DNA of 64,000 nt, from positions 248,001 through 312,000 of the forward strand of contig CP120453.1 in the NCBI GenBank assembly GCA_034226945.1, written 5' to 3'. Positions within the stretch are counted from its first letter, which is position 1; each line of letters opens with the position of its first letter. Under the pieces are notes generated by a model, which worked only from the letters and a program-made list of their open reading frames with translations, searched no databases and had not been told where the DNA came from. Position numbers and translations under genes: made by a program. Shown one piece after another: positions 57,084 through 64,000 of this stretch. The stretch is from Picochlorum sp. SENEW3. Lineage: Eukaryota.

Positions 57084-58433
57084 ATGAGACAACGAATCGC
57101 TCCAGAACACGCTTGTCATGGCGGAGAAATTTATTATAATGCATCTGAATCAGTTAGATATACTGAATGTGAGCAAACAGTGAGGATTCAGAGGGACTTG
57201 ACCCTCGAGTGTCTCAAGCTTTTGGGTCCATCAGCAGGCATTGTCATCAATCTTGGATGTGGGTCTGGATTATGTGGCCATACGCTGTCAGAACGAGGTA
57301 TATCATGGATTGGTGCTGATATAAGCGAGCATATGCTTGATCTGGCTCGTGAACATTCCATCTGTTGTGGAAAGCTGTTGCACCTTGACTGTTTCACACA
57401 TGGTTCATTGCCGTTTCGGGATGGTTGTTTCGGCGGGGCTGTCAGCGTATCAGCTGTTCAATGGATCTGTGCACACGATACCCCAGATATTAAAGCGTTG
57501 AATTTCATGAGAGAGATGTACAGGATTCTTGGCAAAGAGTCCTTTTTCATTGCTCAAGTCTATCTTCACAGCGACGAGCACATCCAAGTTCTTTGCAAAG
57601 CAGCAAGCAGTGCTGGATTGGTTGGAGGTATCTATACAAGTTTTCCACATGTATCAAAAGCAAAGAAGAAGTTTTTATGTGTGTATCGACCGTCACGTGA
57701 TGCGGTGCTGCCCCCTATAGGTGTGTCGTGTTGCCCAGTCTCTTGGCCAGCTGCCATTCCATGTGCCTTGCCATGGCTGGAGTTTCAAAAGCATCTTCAA
57801 GGTGATCACACGAATATACATAATACTGTATACATGAGACTGTGTGATGAGCATCGCAGTCTTTCCTCACGAGTCCTGCGATTGGTACAACGTGCAACAA
57901 CATGTGATGCCCAAGACAATACACATGAGCGTGTTGCACACGTGTTTGAATGCACATCGAAATACCATGTTCCTTGTGGGGGTCCTTTTTTGATCCATGT
58001 ATGGAATCATACAGACAGAAACGAGGCCGATATTGCGAAGAGGCTCCTGGGTGTTTCCCCAAGCTATATTGGTGAGAGGATAATAAAAAGGTCCTTGGAC
58101 ATGCCATGGCGAGACAGGCTGAGGATATCTCAGGGCAACACGAGACGATTCTGTCGCATAAAAATTCTCGATGAATACAAGGAGTATGTGATGGCGCGCT
58201 TGACCGCAGACAAGATACCCCCACTCTACATTGTTACCTGTGATGTGACGGTGGATGAGGATGGCAATGCATTCGCGCGACTGCACATCACCATGCAGAA
58301 ACAGTATACATCGAGCGTCATTGCTATTGATATTCTCAGCCATGATGGATCTTTCAGCATTGCATGCATCTATTACATTCCAGAAAAAATGACGAGTTCT
58401 ATTCAAGATATTCAAGCATTGCTTGCTATGTAA
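57084..58433 (+). CDS. BUD23/WBSCR22-like methyltransferase with divergent long C-terminus
   Basis: PEH..YY..E..RY, LGCGSGL, GADIS, SVSAVQW and KAKKKFL resemble Bud23; the C-terminal half was not recognised. Confidence 0.7.
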   Translation: MRQRIAPEHACHGGEIYYNASESVRYTECEQTVRIQRDLTLECLKLLGPSAGIVINLGCGSGLCGHTLSERGISWIGADISEHMLDLAREHSICCGKLLHLDCFTHGSLPFRDGCFGGAVSVSAVQWICAHDTPDIKALNFMREMYRILGKESFFIAQVYLHSDEHIQVLCKAASSAGLVGGIYTSFPHVSKAKKKFLCVYRPSRDAVLPPIGVSCCPVSWPAAIPCALPWLEFQKHLQGDHTNIHNTVYMRLCDEHRSLSSRVLRLVQRATTCDAQDNTHERVAHVFECTSKYHVPCGGPFLIHVWNHTDRNEADIAKRLLGVSPSYIGERIIKRSLDMPWRDRLRISQGNTRRFCRIKILDEYKEYVMARLTADKIPPLYIVTCDVTVDEDGNAFARLHITMQKQYTSSVIAIDILSHDGSFSIACIYYIPEKMTSSIQDIQALLAM

Positions 58434-58453
58434 TCACTAGATCCAATCATATT

Positions 58454-59237
58454 CTATAGCTTACTCCGCCAATCCAGATTCTTCTGGGATGCTTCTTCTT
58501 CAAATGGCAACACCACTTCATCCGCAGCAGCGTAAAAGGATTCTAAATCATAATACTCTCGCTCATCCGCAGTCAGCACATGAATGACAACATCCCCAAA
58601 ATCCAACAATTCCCAGGACGATTTCGCAGAGGATGAAGCTGCAGGCCTCATGCCGTGCTCCTCAAAAGCAACCTTTTCAATCTTTCCTAAAATAGCATTC
58701 AACTGCGGTCTAGAAAACACAGTCACAAACATCATGTAGCGTGTCCAATACACCACTGGAGCGACATGAAGCAACAATAAATCTTCTCCATTTAGATCCC
58801 ATGCCACCTTTGCCATGGCTACCGCGAACGACCTGATCTCCTCGTCTTCCTCCTCAACCTCTTGTTGTGGCAGTGACGCCTCTGGGTGCATACCATCAGA
58901 CTCTTCTAGCACCGCCATGGAAGAGTCATCCTCATCATCATCTTCGCCGTCTTCCCACGCATCATTTGAACCTTTGGCATGGCAGCTCACGCTGTGTATC
59001 GTCGTAGCCACTCCAATAAAACCATGACTATTATTATTATACTTCTGCAGGACACATAGAGTCCACATGAACAGGTAAACTTTTCATCCACAATAGGATA
59101 TACATTGTTCATATACGTACCGTATTTCTATATCTCAAAGGCATGCATGGACCAGCTCTCCGACAAGCTCCAACACATGCTGCAAGTCTGTTGCATGGCA
59201 TCGACCTGAACTCCTGTCGACACAATTGACTGGCCAT
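58454..59237 (-). CDS. Ribosome silencing factor RsfS/Iojap, plastid-type; exons 59121-59237 and 58454-59044
   Basis: SWELLDFGDVVIHV..REYYDLE motif; the in-frame first exon is transit-peptide-like. Confidence 0.9.
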
Positions 59238-59279
59238 TCTGACGCAGTCTGTATCCTAAATGTTGTAAATATGAAAATT

Positions 59280-59349
59280 AATGCATACCCATCTCCTCAA
59301 TGCATGCATAGTATGTGGCTGCACAAGTGTCGACCCATCGTAATAAAAA
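59280..59349 (+). repeat. 70-bp direct repeat, copy 1 (copy 2 at 61310-61379)
   Basis: 67 of 70 positions identical by manual alignment. Confidence 0.9.
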
Positions 59350-59810
59350 ATTCTCGCGGGCCCATTATTATTGCAATAATGGGCCCTATATCGGCCATCA
59401 ATCCCCGCGTTTACAATTTCATGTACATGTGAGTGATTTGAGTAAGACATCGCGCATCATGGCCACAACAGCACCTCGCTGAGAGCCATTAAAAAGCAAT
59501 ATGGTGACATGCAATCATGTCGTGGACAGTAGCAGAAACGAGCATGCTACTTATCTCAACTGTATAAATGTTTTTATCCACGATGCTTGGCATTGAAGTG
59601 TCGGCTGTCTGTTTTGTGGCGTAGTTGTAATAACTGTTCCATCCGAGATATGACTTGGCTGCATGAGCAATGCAGATAGCATGATGCTATTCGCATCTGA
59701 TGTAGTCTTCATGATATTTCCACATAAAAGTATCACGATGAATGACATTCAGAAGCAAATATGCTCCAAAACATGGCAGATTGTTGTAGGGAAATGTGTT
59801 GCGATGGAAC

Positions 59811-59855
59811 CTGGGGCACTGCCCCAGCTGGGGCAGTTAGGTTACCTAACCTAGG
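59811..59855. repeat. Nested palindrome cluster
   Basis: CTGGGGCA-C-TGCCCCAG overlaps the perfect palindrome CTGCCCCAGCTGGGGCAG, followed by GTTAGG-TTA-CCTAAC and CCTAGG. Confidence 0.75.
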
Positions 59856-60330
59856 TGCAAGTTGTACGCGATGCGCTGACGCGTGGCGTGGGCATTTATA
59901 TTATAATGCGGTCAACGTAAGCAAGTATTTCACCAACTATAAATTCATTCACACTCATTGCAGCGAGATTGGAAGCAGGTGCGAACTTGCAAAACACCGT
60001 GAATGGTTTGACACATCTGGTCGCTTTGCGACTATGTCTCCCCACCCAGGATTGCCATCCACCCTTATAATGTGTATTTTACGTATTTCTATTTAATGGA
60101 CTGTTCTGATGGCACTCGGTTCGTAACATTTGAGTAGGGGCACAATCGCTTTTTGTACCGAATTTTTCACTCAGTGGTCTTCGCTCACGAACGCCACGTC
60201 CCAAGGCACTTCTTGGATTCTCTGGTCCAGTCTTATAATGTATTATTATACTGTATCCTGCCGCAGGGAAGCGGAAATCGCGTTTGTGGCGGTGACAGCT
60301 ATGTAAAGTTTTCCCCCCTCAAGCCCCGTC

Positions 60331-61134
60331 ATGAGCGATTCTGAAATATCAGAGGCTGTATCGACGTTTTTCGATAAGATTGATCCAGGAACTCTGGATA
60401 GTCTCATTCTAACAAAGGAAATCAAGCGAACAGATGATCACGGCAGGGTTATGTTTGCCAAAAGAATGATTCGTGCTGAAAAATATGATGTCGACAAGGC
60501 TGTGAAGCGGGCTACTGATCATTCTGTCTGGAGAAAACAAGTGCTTGGTCCAGAGGGCAAAATTCCTGCTGATCATGTGCGAGAGCAGTTGGAGGAGGAA
60601 AAGGTGTTTTTACAGATAGAAACTAAATCAAAGCGACCACTGCTATTTGCTCTAGCCAGGAACCACCACCCGAATGTAACGGATGTGGAGATTTTAAAGA
60701 AATTTGTGGTCTACTCATTGGAAACAGTCACCTACTTCCTTGACAGTCCAGAATACGATAATCCAGATGGAACGATGGATGTACTAATCGATATACGAGG
60801 AATGACCTGGGCTAATTTTGATGTGGCAGCGTTGAAGAGTAGTTCTTCTGTCCTGGCTCAAGGGTTTCCAGAACGTATGCACACCATTTACATGCTTGAT
60901 GCCCCATATATTTTTGATATAGTTTGGAAAATCGTGAAACCGTTTGTGGACCCTGCGAGTAGAGAAAAGGTGAAATTTCTTCATGGAGAAGCAGGTGTGG
61001 AGACGCTCAAGGAAGCCATTGGAGAAGAGTACCTGCCACAAGAGGTGACTGGGTTGGACACAAGGCCTGTGCCCATCGACGAGGCCATGCGCAAATTCAT
61101 GAGTGAATCATGCACTCTTCCTCCCAAGGATTGA
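60331..61134 (+). CDS. CRAL-TRIO/Sec14-like lipid-binding protein
   Basis: RAEKYDVDKA, IDIRG, FPERM..DAPYIF..WKIVKPFVDP..REKV and LPQE motifs. Confidence 0.9.
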   Translation: MSDSEISEAVSTFFDKIDPGTLDSLILTKEIKRTDDHGRVMFAKRMIRAEKYDVDKAVKRATDHSVWRKQVLGPEGKIPADHVREQLEEEKVFLQIETKSKRPLLFALARNHHPNVTDVEILKKFVVYSLETVTYFLDSPEYDNPDGTMDVLIDIRGMTWANFDVAALKSSSSVLAQGFPERMHTIYMLDAPYIFDIVWKIVKPFVDPASREKVKFLHGEAGVETLKEAIGEEYLPQEVTGLDTRPVPIDEAMRKFMSESCTLPPKD

Positions 61135-61309
61135 TATATGATGGTGCCAACTGCAACGTGATGGGCCGTGGTGTATCTGTGTCATCATCACCATGGAGGG
61201 ATGTATTATCTGCACAGAAGAACTCCCTGTGCCTCAAATAGTGTTTGCATTTTATGTTCTATTACATATGTCGCAGTAGATCTTGTACATATGTGCATTG
61301 TAAAATTAT

Positions 61310-61379
61310 AATGCATATCCATCTCCTCATTGCATGCATAGTATGTGGCTGCACAAGTGTCGAACCATCGTAATAAAAA
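61310..61379 (+). repeat. 70-bp direct repeat, copy 2
   Basis: Matches 59280-59349 with 3 mismatches. Confidence 0.9.
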
Positions 61380-61719
61380 TATTAAAATGCTTCAGCCAGA
61401 TGGTGCCATTCTCAGATGAATACATGTACAAAATATCCATTTCTATTGTGTCGAATTGTCTCATAGACTCTGTAGATCAGCAGAGACAGCACTGCAGTGG
61501 TATTATTGAGCCATACCTATAGCATATTGTAGTAGTAGAACTCATCTCGGTATATGTCACAATGGAGAGGCGAAGGGCCACTCAAATGCTCATGGTACGT
61601 ATATTTAATGTATATATGGTCTCACGATGGCATAGTGTCATCAAGGGCACCTGATCATTGGACGCAAGGCAAAAGAATGCCGAGACTGAAAACTCATTTG
61701 CTCCATGTAGAGGTATCTC

Positions 61720-63243
61720 ATGAATCATTATCAAAATGGAAAGGAAGTACGAAAGGGTCTGGACACCATTGTGCGTGATGGGGCCAAGAGCGGGGTTTTA
61801 CCTCGAGTGTCTGGGTGTCACGCTCGTTGGAGCAGTAGTTCCTCGGCATCTGCGGTTCCAAGCAGTAATGCATCGCATGTGTCTGTGAGATATGAGATTG
61901 ACGGGGATGGGGGCATGACGGATGCGAGCCTGACGCCGAGGGAAATAGTTCAGATGCTGGATAGGCATATTGTTGGTCAGCATACTGCGAAGAAGGCTGT
62001 TGCGAATGCCCTGCGGAATCGGTGGAGGAGGAGGCAGATAACCTCTCCATTGCGTGATGAGATTGTTCCGAAGAATATTCTCATGTTGGGACCGACCGGG
62101 TGTGGGAAGACTGAGATTGCGAGGCGGCTTGCAAAGTTGGCTGATGCCCCGTTTGTCAAGGTGGAAGCGACCAAGTTTACCGAGGTCGGATTTCATGGAA
62201 GGGATGTGGATCAAATGATTCGGGATTTGGTGGAGAATTCTCTGCTGATGGTTCGACAGCGTATGAGAAGAAAGCATCAGGAGGCGATTGATAGTGCTGT
62301 TGAGGATGCTGTTGTTTCTGCCATGGTGGGAGAGCATGCGAGCAAGGAAACGATCGCCTCGTTCAAGAGGCTCTATCGGGAGGGAGAATTAGATGATCGA
62401 GAGATCGAGATCGATATACCAATGTCTCCCTCTCAAAGATTTCAGCCTCCAGGTGCAGGAGAGAATGGTCTCCAGGAGATGGTGATTCGAGTGGACAAGT
62501 TGTTTAGGAATTCAGGGCGGGGGGAGAACAAGAGGAAGATGAAAATATCGGAAGCAAAACCTTTGTTGGAGGAACACGAGTCGGAAAAGTTTATGGACTC
62601 GGATTCAGTGAACAGAGAAGCGATTCAGGCAGTGGAACAAGATGGTATTGTATTTATTGATGAAATAGACAAGATTGTGAGCAATAGTGAGCATCGATAC
62701 GGGGCAGATGCATCGTCAGAAGGTGTTCAGAGGGATTTATTGCCGATTATTGAAGGATCTGTGGTGAATACAAAGCATGGGAATGTGAACACGGATTATA
62801 TATTGTTCATTTGCTCTGGGGCATTTCATCAGTCAAAACCATCCGATATGCTGGCAGAGTTGCAAGGGCGTCTGCCTGTACGAGTAGAACTTAAAGGCCT
62901 TACACGAGAGGACTTTTATAGAATATTGACAGAGCCAGAGGGGAATATGATCAAGCAGCAGGTTGCTCTGCTGGCAACGGAAGGTATTGAGCTGGTGTTT
63001 ACCGATGAGGCCATTAGTGAGATTGCGCGTGTGGCGGAAGAAATAAATACAAATGTGGATAATATTGGTGCGAGAAGGCTGTATACTATTATTGAAAGGA
63101 TCCTGGAGGATATCAGTTTTGAGGCTCCAGACAGAGCATCATCAGAGTCTGGCAAGACTACAATTACGATTGATAACTCGGATGTCACAGACAAACTGTC
63201 TGATTTGCTTCAGCAGCAGGATCTCTCCAAGTATGTTCTATAG
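61720..63243 (+). CDS. hslU: ATP-dependent protease ATPase subunit HslU, probably mitochondrial
   Basis: LTPREIV, NRWRR, PKNILMLGPTGCGKTE, FIDEIDK, GVQRDLLP, ELQGRLP and NIGARRL motifs. Confidence 0.96.
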   Translation: MNHYQNGKEVRKGLDTIVRDGAKSGVLPRVSGCHARWSSSSSASAVPSSNASHVSVRYEIDGDGGMTDASLTPREIVQMLDRHIVGQHTAKKAVANALRNRWRRRQITSPLRDEIVPKNILMLGPTGCGKTEIARRLAKLADAPFVKVEATKFTEVGFHGRDVDQMIRDLVENSLLMVRQRMRRKHQEAIDSAVEDAVVSAMVGEHASKETIASFKRLYREGELDDREIEIDIPMSPSQRFQPPGAGENGLQEMVIRVDKLFRNSGRGENKRKMKISEAKPLLEEHESEKFMDSDSVNREAIQAVEQDGIVFIDEIDKIVSNSEHRYGADASSEGVQRDLLPIIEGSVVNTKHGNVNTDYILFICSGAFHQSKPSDMLAELQGRLPVRVELKGLTREDFYRILTEPEGNMIKQQVALLATEGIELVFTDEAISEIARVAEEINTNVDNIGARRLYTIIERILEDISFEAPDRASSESGKTTITIDNSDVTDKLSDLLQQQDLSKYVL

Positions 63244-63329
63244 AGAACCTAGAATCAAGTCGAATCATTTACAAAAGTGAAAGGTTCATTGTTATTGTAC
63301 AATCATGCATGAATTGAAAATTCAATCAT

Positions 63330-63875
63330 CTAATCTCCACTGAATTTTTCCATAATCCCAACAATACCGACACCTCCGCAGTCTTTACATGCTATCATTG
63401 TTGTTCCTTTACAGAGCCAGCATGGTCCATTGTCGATGAACATCCACCTTGGATCAACGATTCCGTTATTGACTACCACTGGTTTTCCATCAAACATGTC
63501 CTGTGCAAGGCCCTCGCGGTTCGAGCCTGATCCAGCACAGCTAGAGCAGACAACCATCCCCTCTCCATCGCACGATGCACACCTCGAGGTGTCTGGCATA
63601 ATGGGGCCAAGGCCTGCTGCAGCACGTCGCTTCCTCGTCAGAAATTCAAGCTGGTCTGGACTGAAGGTTGCCTCTTCTTCTTCCGACACCCAGGATTGTT
63701 CGGTGGTGCTTGTCGATGAATTAGATTGTATGCTTACATCTGCAGCGCTGACACGCTTGAGTTGTCGCAGCTTGGACCTCAACAAGGCAGAAGAGCTCCC
63801 CCTAGTGCTGCCATGCTTTGATGGCATGGAGCCCATGCTGCAGCATATGTTTCGCGACAAGACAGTTGTTCTCAT
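63330..63875 (-). CDS. DnaJ-like zinc-finger protein (DNAJ-E type), probably plastid
   Basis: Four CxxCxGxG-type repeats (CASCDGEG, CSSCAGSG, CWLCKGTT, CKDCGGVG) and no J domain. Confidence 0.8.
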   Translation of the reverse strand: MRTTVLSRNICCSMGSMPSKHGSTRGSSSALLRSKLRQLKRVSAADVSIQSNSSTSTTEQSWVSEEEEATFSPDQLEFLTRKRRAAAGLGPIMPDTSRCASCDGEGMVVCSSCAGSGSNREGLAQDMFDGKPVVVNNGIVDPRWMFIDNGPCWLCKGTTMIACKDCGGVGIVGIMEKFSGD

Positions 63876-64000
63876 TGCTTATAGCGTTGATAGCAGTACC
63901 AAGCAGCCTGGGTAAAATGCTGGTGTGAACCTTTGTTACATACACCTACCAAGCAAGTTGTTGGAGGTATTGCCTTGCTCTTCTTCTTGTTGTATTGACG

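Noticed and set aside
61720..63243. Bacterial-like hslU, miaB, RsfS and rps16 as contamination or recent HGT
   Set aside because: They carry targeting-like N-terminal extensions, some have introns, and they are known endosymbiont-derived nuclear genes in algae.

Overview
Eukaryotic nuclear DNA from a very gene-dense green alga. The evidence is short GT-AG introns, plant-type B3, PLATZ and bZIP genes, organelle-targeted genes and tiny intergenic gaps; a Picochlorum-like trebouxiophyte is my inference, not a proven assignment. About 35 protein genes are supported, mostly housekeeping: complex I subunits, DNA2, RPA1, exportin-t, MiaB, HslU, an SOS1-like antiporter and a DDX21-like helicase. The strongest signals lie outside the ORF track. 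(1) A circularly permuted tRNA-Ala(CGC) gene at 9432-9537, with the 3' half upstream of the 5' half. (2) A roughly 400-nt structured candidate Pol III RNA at 23528-23930. It shares TATATAA-N20-GAACA promoter geometry with the tRNA and has a telomerase-RNA-like layout, with a possible template for a non-canonical TTCAAGG repeat. (3) A receiver-domain/COP1-SPA-type WD40 fusion that keeps the phospho-acceptor Asp. (4) A 51-aa Cys-rich microprotein, a heme-oxygenase-like diiron enzyme, an FHA-parvulin fusion and small dispersed palindromic repeats. All product calls come from motif recognition by eye; no database searches were run.
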